Shown here piece after piece: positions 26,351 through 39,554 of a stretch of DNA of 64,000 nucleotides. The notes beneath the pieces are model-generated. The model was not told the DNA's origin and searched no databases. It was given only the letters and a program-made list of their open reading frames with translations. Source of the stretch: Eledone cirrhosa (Eukaryota). The position numbers and the translations under genes were made by a program. The stretch spans positions 45,508,001 through 45,572,000 of the forward strand of contig OZ024742.1 in the NCBI GenBank assembly GCA_964016885.1, written 5' to 3'. Position 1 is the stretch's first letter, and each line of letters starts with the position of its first letter.

Positions 26351-26676
26351 TACTCTCAGGTCCCAAATAATAAGGGGTATGTGGAATAAGCGGGGTGTGT
26401 GTGTGTGTGGACATTGGCTTAAATTCTTATAAGCTTGGGGAAGGGGTGGAAGAAACGGGTGGGTTGGGAAATCGGTAATTGTGTAGTGTACATTCATAAC
26501 TTGTGATCATCTGCTGTATCGGATATGAATCACTTACAATAAAATTTCACTGGAGATAGATTAGCAAAATTTAATAAGGAGGGGAGGGGGATAAAAGCGA
26601 GTTGTGGTGGTGGAAAAATATCTGAAAAATTAATAAGCGGAGTGGGGGTGGTGCGATTATTAAAGTCCTGAGATTA
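26351..26676. mobile_element. MITE-like element with imperfect TIRs; related copy at about 53305-53647
   Basis: TACTCTCAGGTCCCAAATAA / TTATTAAAGTCCTGAGATTA termini and a shared interior ATAAAATTTCAC.GGAGA..GATTAGC. Confidence 0.55.
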
Positions 26677-27219
26677 ATCCTTCATCTTCAGAACTGTATC
26701 CTTCTATAATCATTTTTTGTCTCCATTTTTTTAACAGACTCCCAACTGGCTAACATTCAAACTGAACATTAGACTACATTAATCAAAGAAGGACCTTAAA
26801 TGTTACAGCCACTGCATCTTCATCTCAGACTAAATAATTCTTTCTGATATTGGCACAAGGCCTGCAGTTTTGGGGGAAAAGGAAAGTCAATTAAATCAAC
26901 CCCAGTATGTAGGCATTTGTGTTTGTGTATATATGTGTATGAACATGTTTTGAAATATAATAGATACACTAATTCTTAAACTACACTCCCAGTGTATTAA
27001 CAATCTAGTAAACAATGTATTTTAAAAACTTTTCAGTCTTTCTTCCAATGAATCAGTCTTTCTTCCAAATAATCAAAGATATAGCTACTCCTTATAATAA
27101 TGTCTCACAAAATAGTGACCACAAAAACAACAATACAGAACGAGACACCAATAATCAAAAAGTATAGAACTGTTTCTGGCTTGGTTCTATGGCTGGTTGC
27201 CATTCCTAACACTAACCAC

Positions 27220-29638
27220 TCATCATCATCACCATTTTACGTCCATTCTTCCATGCTAGTATGGGTTAGATGGGTTGTCTTGTTGTGGGCAGTGTCCGGT
27301 CGGCTGACCTTGTCTTGTTTATATGGTAACTGATTCTGGCTTGATTTCTACAACTGCATGCCCTTCCTCACACCAATCTCATTTACAGTGAGTGCTGGGT
27401 GCTTTTTTTCCGTGGCGCCTACACGTCCACTTTGCAGTGGGAGGGGGTGGTGGCATATTGTCTATATGCTTCAGCTTCGGCTTGGGGAATCGGGTCTTCT
27501 GTATTATTGCGTGACGCCAGAGGTATTGGTCGTGTGTCATCGCCTTTGAGAGATGCAATTGGGTAAGGTCGGCTTTTATCACCTCATCCCAGGTCTTCTT
27601 GGGTCTCCCCACTCCGCGGCTTCCATCAACTTCTAGTGCTCTGCACCTTTTTATGCAGCTGTCATCCTTCATACGCATCACATGTCCATACCAACGCAAC
27701 CTTCTCTCCTGCACACAGCATTTGATTCCTCTTATGCTCAGTCTCTCTCTCAATTCGTTTATGCTTTGCCGTTCGCATATATTACTATTACACACAGCAT
27801 GCTGGCTTCGTTTCTTTCTAATCCACGCAAGTCTTCTACAGACAGCGCCCGGTCTCACTACCATGTAACATTGCTGTTCGTATATACGCATCATACAGTC
27901 TGCCTTTCATTTTGAGGGAAAAGCCTTTTGCAGCTAACAATGGCAGTAGCTCCCTTAACTTCTTCCATCCCGTTCTTACCCTAGTTATTGTACTTTCCAA
28001 ACACCCACCTCCGCTGCTAATTCGGTCACCTAGGTAGCAGAAGCTGTCTACTGTTTCTACAGAGCCCTCCCAGAGTTTGGTGGCGCTTGTTTCCTGTGGC
28101 TGTTTGCTGCTTGCTGTCCCAGCACAGCTGCTGCATGTGAAGCCTACATTCTTAGTTAAGCTTTCTGAGATTCCACTACATCTCTTGTGTACCCATTGTT
28201 TGCATTTGGGGCAGAGAATGTAGTTCCTACCTACACCTTTCCTACATACTGAACAGGGCCATTTCCCCGAGGGGATCTGGGTTCTGTTTTCTCATCTACT
28301 TACAAGGACCTTAGTCTTTGTCAGGTTGACTTTGAGACCCTTTCTTTCTAGTCTCTGCTTCCATGTTTGGAATTTCTTCTCTAGTTCTACCATAGATTCA
28401 GCTATAAGTGAGAGGTCATCCACATACAGGAGTTCCCATGGGCATCCGGTCTTAAACTCCTCCATTATTGCCTGCAAAACTCTGATGAACAGAAGAGGGC
28501 TAAGAACAGAGCCCTGGTGGACACCGACCTGTATGCTAAATTCCTTGCTATAGTCATTGCTGATCCTAACTTTGCTGACTGCTCCCCTATACATGGCTTG
28601 TACAGCTTTCACAAGCCATTCATCTACTCCTAGTTTTCCAAGAGGCCACCAGATTATAGCACGGGTTTTCCAGACTCATGCTAACATGGAAAATGGACGT
28701 TAAATGATGATGATGATGATGTGTCTCTGAAAGGCTTTCTCCAGATCAATAAATCCCAGGTAGAGCAGCTTACTTTTAGCTAGGTACTTTTCCTGTAACT
28801 GCCCCACAAGGAAGAGGGCATCAGTTGTGCTTTTCCTGACACAAACCCAAATTGCTGCACCAATACTTTGGTATGACACCTTCTAGTATTACCTGGTTAA
28901 CAATACATGTGGTTATGGTGTGACCTACCGACTCAGATGCCTTCAGCAACTCGGCAGCTATACCCGATGGACTGGTTGCCTTCCCCGTCTTCATATCTTT
29001 GATTGCCTTACTTACTACGCTGCTGCTAACTTGTACTGCTGGCCCTTCTATAGGGTCTATTTGGGGTAGGGTCTCTTCTTCCCATGCATTCTCCTCATTT
29101 AGTAATCTATCATAATGACTCTTCCATGCATCTTTCTTCTCAGCACTTGTGAGGGAAAGCTCACCTTTATCATTCCGGATACACTTCTCGCCAATGACAT
29201 CATGATTCTCTCTGACACACTGCCTTGCAGTTTTGAACACCTCCTGTTTCTGGCCCTCACGTTGCAAAACATACTTGAATTTTCTATCCTCCGCTTCCCT
29301 TCTAGCTAAGTATACTTGTCACCTGGCTTCCCTCCTGGTCTCTATGTAATGTACCCTGCTTCCCCCGTTCTTCCATTCTTTCTATGCCTGTCTCTTAACC
29401 TTAACTGCCTCATCTACCTTATTGTTCCACTACCAAGTCACTCTCCTCCTCTCTGTGGTCTTGCTCCAACCACAGATCTCGTCCGTCACCTTTAGTAAGT
29501 TATTTTTTAGGAACTCCCAGTGCTCTTCTTCATTGAATGTCTCTATCTGTTCTTCTTTACTGTCATAGGCGTCGAGTAAAATATCTTTAAATCTGTTACT
29601 GGCTGAGGGGTCTTTCGGCTTCCAGATCTTTCTTCTCT
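27220..29638 (-). mobile_element. 5'-truncated RTE LINE, same subfamily as 17562-20340
   Basis: GVHQGSVLSPLLF, YVDD, RLRWYGHV. Contains a short opposite-strand RTE tail stub at about 28665-28720. Confidence 0.9.
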
Positions 29639-30007
29639 AGAAGAACTAGACGAACATGGAACATACATATATATATATATATATGTATATATAGGAGAGA
29701 CATAAGATCCGGTATAATACTTGTTCATTACCAAATGTGAAAAAGCTCAGAGCATAATAATTTAAATCAAGTAAGAAACCAAAAATAATACTTCAAATCA
29801 TTTTTTAAATACCTACACACATTTCAATTTTAATGTTAACAGGTAACAATGAATATCCTCAGGACATCATTGTAGGATCTGGGGGATATTTTAGTGTTTC
29901 CTGTTAACATTTAAATTGAAACGTGCATAGGCGTTAATACAATGACTTTTTGGTTTGCCACTTGATTTATATATATATATATATATATATATTGTATGTA
30001 TGTATGA

Positions 30008-30572
30008 ATGTATGCATGTAAAAGTAAGAGACCACCTCACAAACCAAAGCTCCGATTCAAAGATTGTGTAAAGGACTCATTGAAAAAAACTGGTTTGATG
30101 GTGGCCGACTGGGAGATAGAAGCTCTTGAAAGAGAAACTAGGCGTGGAATGGTGAATGATGGAGTCCATACTTTGAGGACAGATGCACAGAGCATGAGAA
30201 GATCAAACGGGATGTGTGTAAGCAATGCCCTGATGTATCTCTTGAAACGAACAGTGTCTCCATTGAATTGGTGTGCCTTGAGTGTGGAAAGATTTGCTTG
30301 AGCAAATCTGGTCTCAGGAGCCACAGTCGCAACCATGTTCAAAGAGAACCAGTGAACTATGATCTCCACGGTATTGTGAAGGTTCACAGGTAACCTGATG
30401 CAAGACCTGAGGCCAGGGAGATCCATAGTTGTCATCAATGTGCGAAGGAGTGCAAATCTCTAGCAGGCTTGAAAAGCCATATCCGAGTGTCACACATCTG
30501 AATCTGACAAGCGATTGCAATACTCTTAGCAGAGTTTGCAGCCATCATGTATGTGTGTGCATGTATGTATGC
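30008..30572 (+). mobile_element. 3' end of an RTE-like LINE with C-terminal C2H2 zinc fingers and an (ATGT)n tail
   Basis: KLRFKDCVKDSLK..WE.EALER, then C..CGKICLSKSGLRSHSRNH and CHQCAKECKSLAGLKSHIRV in shifted frames. Confidence 0.72.
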
Positions 30573-30575
30573 ATT

Positions 30576-32180
30576 TCTTGTGTACCCATTGTTTGCATTT
30601 GGGACATAGGATGGAATTTCTAACTACTCCTTTTCTGCACACTAAGCAAGGCCATTTTCCTGAGGGAATCTGGGTCCCGTTTTCCTTTCTACAAACTAGA
30701 ACTTAGTCTTTGATGAGTTAACTATAAGATCTTTTGATCCTAGGTCATGCTTCCAGGTTTTGAATTACCTCTCTAATTCTGCCATAGATTCTGCTGTAAG
30801 GGTTAGGTCATCTGCATACAGGAATTCCCATGGGTAGCTAGTCTTAAACTCCTTAGTTAATGATGATAATAAATAGGAGAGGGCTAAGAATTGAGCCCTG
30901 ATGGACACTGACCTGCATGTTAAATCCTTCGCTATACTTATTGTTAATTTTGACCTTGTTGACTGTTCCTCTATACAAGCCTAGTTTTCTAAGAGTTCAG
31001 CAGATAACAGAAAGGGGAGGGACTCTGTTAAGAGTTTTCTCCAAGTCAACAAATGCCAAGTAGAGCGATTTCTTTTTAGCTACGTACTTCCCCTGTAGCT
31101 GCCTCACAAGAAAGAGGGCATCTGTGGTACTTTTACCTGGCACAAATCCAAACTGCATCTCATTTAGGTAAACTCGATCCCTAATCAGCTGTATTATAAC
31201 TCTTTCTGTGACCTTTATAACGTGGTCAAACAACTTAATGCCTCTATAGTTTGCCTGTCTGTCTAGAGCAAGCATATCAAACTGAGGGTCCTCGGGGGCC
31301 ACATGGGTCACATATGTGTTGTCTGAGGGCCCCACATAACAACTAAATGTGCACATTACAACTAACTTTTTAAATTTTATATTACTAAGAAAAAACATGC
31401 TTGCGCTGTAAAAACCTTTGTGCGGGCCGCAGGTTTACTTGTAAAGGGCCGCATGTTTGACATGCCTGGTCTAGAGCATCTCTATTGCCCTTGTAGCAGT
31501 TGACCATGCTGCTGATATGCCCATCATTGAGTATGACACCATTTTGAATTACTTAGTATACAATATGGATGATTATGGGTGACCCACTATTCCAGATGCT
31601 TTTAGAAACTATCCCAGAAAGTCCAGTTGCCTTACCTATCTTCATATCCTTGAGTGCCTTACTTGCTACACTACTGCTGACTTGTACAGCCAGTCCCACT
31701 GTTGGGTCAACTTGGGGAAAATTATTTTCTTCCCATGCATTCTCCTCATTCAGTAATCTTTCATAGAGGCACTTCCATGCTATCTTATTTTCAGCATCAG
31801 TGAGGGCAAGTACAGCATTATCATCTCAGGAACACTTCTCTCCATCAACATCACAATTTTCTCTGATGACACAAGTCTTTCAATCCTGGACACCTCACGC
31901 TTTTGGTCCTCATGCTACAGAACATGCTTAAACTATTTATTTTCTGTTTCCCTTCTTCCCTAGCTTCTCTCCTAGTATTCTGGTACTTCTCTACTTCCCC
32001 CATTCTGCCATTCTTTCTATGCCTGTCTTTTGGCCTTAATTGTCTCATCTACCCTACTATTCCACCAGAGACCTGCTGCAACCACAGATTTCGTTTGTTA
32101 CTTTCAGTAGGTTATCTTTCAGGAACTCCCACTGCTCCTCTATATTGTATGTCTCTATTTGCTCTTCCTTGCTGTCAAAG
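30576..32180 (-). mobile_element. Degraded RTE LINE internal fragment, interrupted by a hAT MITE
   Basis: NYRGIKL, QFGFVPGKSTTDALF, LAFVDLEK, YADD. Confidence 0.85.
31269..31468. mobile_element. hAT-type MITE (200 bp) with an 8-bp TSD, inserted in an RTE
   Basis: TIRs CAAGCATATCAAAC / GTTTGACATGCCTG and a perfect TSD GTCTAGAG on both sides. Confidence 0.88.
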
Positions 32181-32384
32181 TCTCAAGCAATACACCTCTA
32201 AATATGTATGCATGTATGTATGTATGTATGTATGTTTTTTTTCTCTTTTTTTGTGTGTGCGTGTGTGTGTGTGTTTTTTTTATTGTTTGATGCCATTGTT
32301 GTTGTTGTAAATGTTCATTTAATTTCATTCTGAAGCTGTTGTTGCTGTAAACATTAGTGCCGGTGTTGTTGTTGTTGTAGATGT

Positions 32385-33095
32385 TGGGGTCTATCATCTC
32401 TACTGATACATGGGAAAATGTTGCTGTTGATCGTAATAAATGGAGAAAGACTGTATATGAGGGAAAAGTTGCCTTTGGGGCATCTCAAATCGCATACAAG
32501 AAAGTAAAGCGGGATGTGATGAAGAGCATTGCTGTTGCACTTCCAGACGGTGAGGGTCCTCCTATGGTGCTGACATGCAGCGTCTGTGCGAGACTCTGCC
32601 TAAGCAAAGCTGGACTCGAAAGTCATCTTCGCAGTCATAAAGTAAGACCAGTGGTTGACTACCAGGCTGCTGGTGGAGATGCTACTCATCATGTTGCCAA
32701 ACATGTGGTAGAGAATGTAAATCAGCAGGAGGGCTCAAGCGACATGCAAAAATACACGAACTCCAACCACAGCCGACTATATTCCCAGTAAATGTTTTGG
32801 TTGTCGACTCTGTGCAAGACATTTTAGATCATTGGCTGGGCTAAAAAGCCACATTCGATCGCAGCGCTGTTAGTTGCTATCGTGTGTGTGTGTGTGTAGA
32901 TATGTTTATGTGTGTGCGCGTGTGTGTATATATATATATCATTATTGTTGTTGTTGTCGTTATTATTATTGTTGTTATTATTATTATTATTGTTATTATT
33001 ATGGTTTTTTTTCCCTCGTGCAATGGCCATATTCGATAACGAGGGGGCAGCCATCATGTACGTATGTATGTATGTATGTATGTATGCATGCATGT
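32385..33095 (+). mobile_element. 3' end of an RTE-like LINE with C2H2 zinc fingers (related to 30008-30572), interrupted by microsatellites
   Basis: WENVAVDRNKWR and CSVCARLCLSKAGLESHLRSH, with further C2H2 remnants. Shares the tail GCAGCCATCATGTA(TGTA)n. Confidence 0.72.
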
Positions 33096-34699
33096 ATAAG
33101 TGTTAATACTGATCATATCACTTATTTATTGATCCCAAAGGAATGAAAGCTAAAGTTGACCGGGCCTTAATTTGAACACAAATAAATATAGATTTATACA
33201 GTTTTTTTTTTCCTGGAAAAATACAGATGAAGGAAATGATAAATGGTGAATTAACCATAGACAAAATTTAAATTGAGAGCAATAGAAGGATATAATTAGA
33301 TATTGTAAGGTGTTTTAAATCTGGACACCTGAATATCTTAGTATTTCTTTGTCTAATACTTTTGATAGCAACTTGTTTGTGACTCCAACTGGTTTTATCA
33401 CATAAACCCTCTCATTTTAGATGGTTCATATTCAAATTTTAAATTAAAAAAACGTTTCATCATATTTTTATGTAAGAACCTTTGTTAAGTGATGTTCCAA
33501 ATACTAACTTAATAATAAAAAAGTTATTTTATTAACCCATTAGCATTTACATTACTGTATATTTACTATTGTATTTTCATGGTAAAGACTTTATCTCAGA
33601 TAATCTTAAATCATCCAAGATTTTGATGAGATTATTGTTTATTTTGAGAATGATATCTTAATGCTGGCACGAGTGGCAGGTTATGGCCAGTTTGAACAGA
33701 AAAAAGGACGAGAGAATGTTGGCCAGATATGGCTGGTTTAAATGCTAAAGGGTTAAATCCCTCCAAATTCTTCTTCTTCTTCTTCTTCTTCTTTATAGAA
33801 ATATGGTAATATAAGGGTTAAATATTGTTTTTTATTCCTATAGGAGCCCTAATAAAACAGACTTAGGATTAAAGGCTTTCCAATCATAACCAACCCACCA
33901 TTTTCTATATATATAGGATGCTATATTATCTACAGCGTCCTTTCTTTTCTCGGATGGTAAGGTGTGATTTGACTGATTTTTGGCTGTTATGTTTAGCTGG
34001 TTGAATGACTACATATACAGTTGTAATATTGTCAAGGAAATCAATTAGTAAAGAGATAATAGTTATTAAGTATAATACATATCAAAAAATATGTTTTTTT
34101 TTGTATGGAAGTGCTGTTGATATGGTAACTAAGTTACACATTACTCACAATAATCCAATAGATCATCGTCAATATTCACTTCCAATTCTTTCTGAACCAC
34201 GTAACAAATCAATAAATTTCATCGCTTCTTTTTCTATTTTGCTCAATTGATCAAACACTGCAGGCTTTCTGAAGGATTGTAGCTGCTCTTAAGTGAGATC
34301 ATAGCTATTCAATCTATTGATTAACTCAGCTCAAGGTTATTTTCTGTGAGCTTCACTATTTACTCCCTCCATCCATCCATTTATCCACCCATTCATGTAT
34401 TCAGTTATTTCTTGTGATTCAATCAACATATAATGTTGAGTGTGTGAGGGTAGTGCTGACTCCAGGATAAAATACATCCAGTATTCATTTAGTCATATTG
34501 TTGATATAACCTACAACACTTGATTGTGAAGGTTAGTGTTAGGGCTAATGGTTAATGTATGGCTCACAATCGTAAAGTTGTGGGGTTGATTCTCGATGGT
34601 GCAGTATGTTCTTGAACTAGACATTTGATTTTACATTGCTCCAGTCCTCTCACCTGGACAAAAATAAGTTGTACTTGTTCAAAGGGCCATTTTTGTTAC

Positions 34700-35222
34700 A
34701 CACTGGTGCTGTGATAAAATACATCCAGTACACTCTGTAAAGTGGTAGTGTTGGTGCCACTATAACATACAGCCAGTACTCTGTGTGGTACTGCTGGTAC
34801 CATGATAACATGCACCCAGTACACTCTGTAAAGGGGTAATGCTGGTGCCACATTAAAAGGCACCTAGTACATTCTGTAAAGTGGTAGTGCTGGTGCCACA
34901 TTAAAATGCACCTAGTACATTCTGTAAAGTGGTAGTACTGGTGCCACATTAAGATATACCCAGTAGACTCTGCAAAGTGGTATGCTGGGGCCACATTAAA
35001 ATATATCCAGTAGACTCTGTAAAGTGGTAATGCTGGGGCCACATTAAGATATACCCAGTAGACTCTGTAAAGTGGTAGTACTGGTGCCACATTAAGATAT
35101 ACCCAGTAGACTCTGTAAAGTGGTAATGCTGGTGCCATATTAAAATATATCCAGTAGACTCTGTAAAGTGGTAGTGTTGCTGTCACATTAAAATATACTC
35201 AGTAGACTCTGTAAAGTGGTTA
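34700..35222 (+). repeat. Minisatellite, ~48-bp unit x ~10, inside a SINE-like element
   Basis: Unit CCAGTAGACTCTGTAAAGTGGTAGTGCTGGTGCCACATTAAAATATA(C/T). Related to the RTE/SINE 3' module. Confidence 0.9.
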
Positions 35223-36841
35223 GCACTAGGGAGGATATCCCCATATGGAATGTATGATGAGAAAGATACGTTTCTCTAATCCAGTTGTCTCTGACCATGG
35301 CAACCCATCTAACCCTTGCTAGAATGGTAAACATGTAAAATGATGAGGGATGATCTGAGATGAAATATTGATGAAGTTGACATTGCTTTTCATCTCTTCT
35401 CTTAACTCATTAAAATAAGAACCACTCATGTACGGGGATTCATCTTATGTCCCCAGCTAACAAGGGTTGGATGAGCTGTCACAGGTCAAATCAATAACGA
35501 ATTAGAACCATTGATCTCTAAAATGGACTGGGGCCATATCTTAATTACATATGTTCCTGCACTCTGCAGAGTGCACCATGCATTTTATCAAGGCGTCTAC
35601 ACTCGGGAAGTTATCTTGTCTTTGACACAACTTTGTAACTTGTTTAGCTTATGCCTAAATCTGGCACTGATGAAGAGGTAGATATGCTGTGAGGTTAACG
35701 AGTGAAATTATTAATCCCATTAATCATAAGTTCAGATCTTACTGCTGTCAATATGTTGTGTCATTGGTCAGTGAACCTAAATCTGCTCCATTTTACCTGA
35801 GAGAACAAAAAACTTTTACTTCACAATGAAGTCGTTAACAGTTGAAAGGGTATCGAGCAGTAAAAACTTTGCCCACAGAAATTAAACCATTCCATTTATG
35901 GAAACATGGAAAAAATAGTTGTAAACAATTTAGGGAAATAAAATGAATAGTTTCTAATTAAGGTTGGGGAGAAAGTTGACTATATCAACCCCAATATTTC
36001 ACTGGTACTTTATTTTATCAACTCTAGAAGGATGAAAGGCAAAGCTGACATTGTCAGGATTTGAACACAGAAGCTAAAGAGTAGGAACAAATACCACAAA
36101 GCACTTATCCATCACTAGTAGTAGACTTTTATCTTGAAGTCATAACAAAATATGTTGAAATTGTTGTTGTTTTTTACTCTATGGTAAATATTCCACTTGT
36201 ATTTTAACATTTATTTAAAATGTAACCAAGGACTTCAAGAGATTTAGTAATATAACTTTGTGGTTATTAAACTGGTGTTTGGTTTAGATATGCACATTTT
36301 AAAACATTTTGTATCGGAATTAAAAAGTCTTTGGATGGTTGGTCAGTTGGTTGGTATGAAAATGGTCAAAGTAGAAACCAGAATTTGAAATTGCCTCAAA
36401 GAAACAGATCAAACAAAATGCATGCAAAACAACAACAACAACAAAAAACAACAACAACTCTGAATAGAAAGATTTCTTCTCTTATTTCAATTAATACTGA
36501 AGAATAGTCTACTGTAAGATATTCAGCACCACTAAGTTTATGTGTTGGGTAGAGATAAGGACACAGCTTTTAGAGTATAATAGCCTTTTGAGTGGTTGTG
36601 GTAGTAGTGTTGGTGGTTATCATCATCATCATCATCATTTTACGTCCATTTTCCACGCTAGCATGGGTTAGACAAGTTGTCCTGTTGTGGGCAATGTCAG
36701 GTCAGGTGACAATGTCTTGCTCATAGAGAACTGATTTTGGCTTGTGGTTGTTGAATGATGTGACAATAAGATCAGCTTACATTAGGAAACTCTGAGTGCC
36801 TAAGAAAGTATATGCTGGTTCACAATGTGTTTTATGTAATA

Positions 36842-37307
36842 CTAGCTGTGTATCCCGGTGCTGCACGGGTAAGAACATTGGTAATAGCACCTCCAATGAG
36901 AAATGTTTATTTGTGAGTGCCTCACGAAAATATACCAACAGGAAACTTGTTTTGTTTGGAGAAAATTAAGAAGTTGAAAGTACAGTTTAGCTGTCTACGT
37001 GCATTGTTCATAGAAATATTGTTGAGCCCCTTCTTTTCATACTCCTCAGTTTTGGCCTATTGGAGTACATATGAAAGAGAAAGTCACAGGTTAAGTTGGC
37101 AGAAGGTTCTAGTGTCATAGCAGTGAGGCTACTTACCTCAAAAGTTCATTCGCACGGTTTCCAAGTTACTCTTTCTCTCTATCCCTCTCGGTGCAGTCCC
37201 TTGCGAATTTCTCGTGTAGGCCTGGTGTAGATTTGTACCCGATCCATCTGCCCAATGCACATATCCGAATATATAAATGTTACAATCCCTATATATATAT
37301 ATAGGGA
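36842..37307 (-). mobile_element. Short non-autonomous Helitron
   Basis: Minus strand A|TCCCTATATATA start, and 3' hairpin CCCGTGCAGCACCGGG ... CTAG|T. Confidence 0.62.
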
Positions 37308-37604
37308 TATATATACACGTGTGTGTGTATTATATTATATTACATAAAGCACATTGTGAACCAGTATATATCAAATTGATATATATATATGTATATATAT
37401 AGCTCTATATACAAAACATTTTTTTCCCTTTTAGTTAGATGTGCTCCATCATCCACTTTTCTAAAAAACTATATCATACACAAAATGCCAGCATCAACAG
37501 TTTTCCAAGAGATGGCAACATGAATGGGCCTATTATTTTTCTTTAAATTTTTTTTCTTCTGATCTACCCTGCCTATCCCCTCAATCTATTTAATTTCTCA
37601 TTCT

Positions 37605-37641
37605 TTCTTCTGATGAAGGACTAGCGCATGAAACGTTAAGA
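37605..37641 (+). ncRNA. Decayed minimal hammerhead motif
   Basis: TCTT-CTGATGA-AGGACTAGCGCAT-GAAACGTT-AAGA. Stem I TCTT/AAGA and palindromic AACGTT are present, but stem II pairing is lost. Confidence 0.45.
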
Positions 37642-37763
37642 CCCTCTTACTGCTATTTCAAGCGTTAAAGTAATATATTCCTTCCATATACTGTATTGTT
37701 TATTTTGTTATTTCTGTTTAGCTTTTAGATAACCCATGCAAGCGTGGAAGATGGACGTTAAAC

Positions 37764-37796
<33 letters not shown>

Positions 37797-37819
37797 ATAT
37801 ATATATATATATATATATA

Positions 37820-39265
37820 TGTTTGAAGAACAAATTACTGAAGAGGAAAGAAGAGATATGACCAAGGATGTGAAGAACAACAAGGCCGGAGGACTTGATG
37901 AGATCTCAGCAGAGATGCTGAAGTCTGGTAAAGATAACAATATCACAGTACTGACCGGACAGATGAACCTTGTTAAACTGCTGAAGAAGGGGATCTAACA
38001 GATTGTAACAACTGCTGTGGCATCACACTGCTGTCGGTCCCAGGCAAAGTGTTCTCAGCACAGTCTTGCTATGATGGTAATGACAAGATGTAGACTCTAT
38101 GCTCAGAGAAGAACAACTGGGTTTCCGAAGCAATTGATCATGTGCTGAACAGATCTTTACACTGTACAACATCATTGAGCAGTGCATCAAGCTGCAAAAG
38201 CCACTGGCAGTCAACTTCATTGACTTTCAAAAAGCATTTGACAGTATACACAGGGAGTCACTGTGGAATATTGCTCACTTGTATGACATTCCACAGAATT
38301 TCATCACCATCTTCAAAGACCTGTACACAAACTCAAGCTGTTGTGTGAAAGCTAAATCCAGTACAACAGAGTTCTTCGATATCATCTCTGGGGTCAGACA
38401 AGGCTGCATCCTCTCTCTGCCAATGTTCCTGCTGGCAGCTGATTTTGTATAACAAAAGACTGCTGACGGAATCGGTGGGGGGATCTTGTGGACAGGAAAA
38501 TCAAGGCTGAAAGACCTGGATTTTGCTAATGGCATCACCTTGTTAGCTGAGGACAATACAAACCTGCAGGAGCTAACAACCTCCCTCTAGCTGAACACTG
38601 AGAAGATCGGATTATGAATCAACACCTAAATGAAGGTGGTAAGTGACCTTGGCCAGGTAGTTGCAGTTAAAGTGAACCAACAGGAGCTGGATGAGGTCGA
38701 CCACTTCACGTACCTTAGCAGCATCCTGAGCAACAGTGGCGACATTGATTTGGATATCAACTGCAGGGTTCGAAGGACCACAATGTTCCAACGGTCAAAT
38801 GCAGCCATCCACACATACTTCAAGCTGTGCATGTACACCAACATTGTACTTCCCATGGCTAGCTATGCCTGCAAAACATGAAAATACACTGCAAAGACGG
38901 ACAGATGTCAAAACACTTTCCATGAAAGATGCTTGTGTAATATTCTAAAGGTCATCTGGCGAGATCGAGTTAGGAATGAAGAAATCCTCAGAGAGCAGGG
39001 CTACGTACACTGCAGGATATTGTCACAGAGCGCTGGTTCTATTTTCCAAGCCACATTCTGTGCCTTCCAAAATGGCAATGACATGGACTCCATCTGAAGA
39101 CAAGCAGAAAAGAGGCCAACCGAATATGACCTGGTGGCAGACATTCCAACTAACCTACAAACCGTCAACATAACCTGGCATGGATATGAATGAGCTGCCG
39201 CCAACTGACAGTGTTGGAGACGATTGGTTAACTTATGTTCCCGATGGAATAAGCCAGACTAAGAA
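37820..39265 (+). mobile_element. Degraded RTE-clade LINE of a different family (no PHD-like insert)
   Basis: KNNKAGGLDEISAEMLK, GITLLSVPGKVF, NFIDFQKAFDSIHRESLW, GVRQGCILS, VDHFTYLSS. Confidence 0.85.
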
Positions 39266-39554
39266 CTATGAGCTAATATATATATATATATATATATATG
39301 TTAGGAAGGGCATCCAGCTGTAAAAAACCTGCCAGAGAAAAAAAACCGTGCAAGCGAGACATGGTCTGGCGACAATTCGCGCATCAAATGGAACAAAACC
39401 GTCTAACCCATGCTAGTGTGGAAGATGGACGTTAAACTATGATGATGATGATGATATTATATATATGTATATATATACTATATATAGAGTTATAAACACA
39501 AACAGTCTTTTACAATTAAATAGCTCAAAGAAAGAGATATTTCTGAGCCGTGAA

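Noticed and set aside
34650-35186. 178-aa repetitive ORF
   Set aside because: It is a translation of the 48-bp minisatellite.
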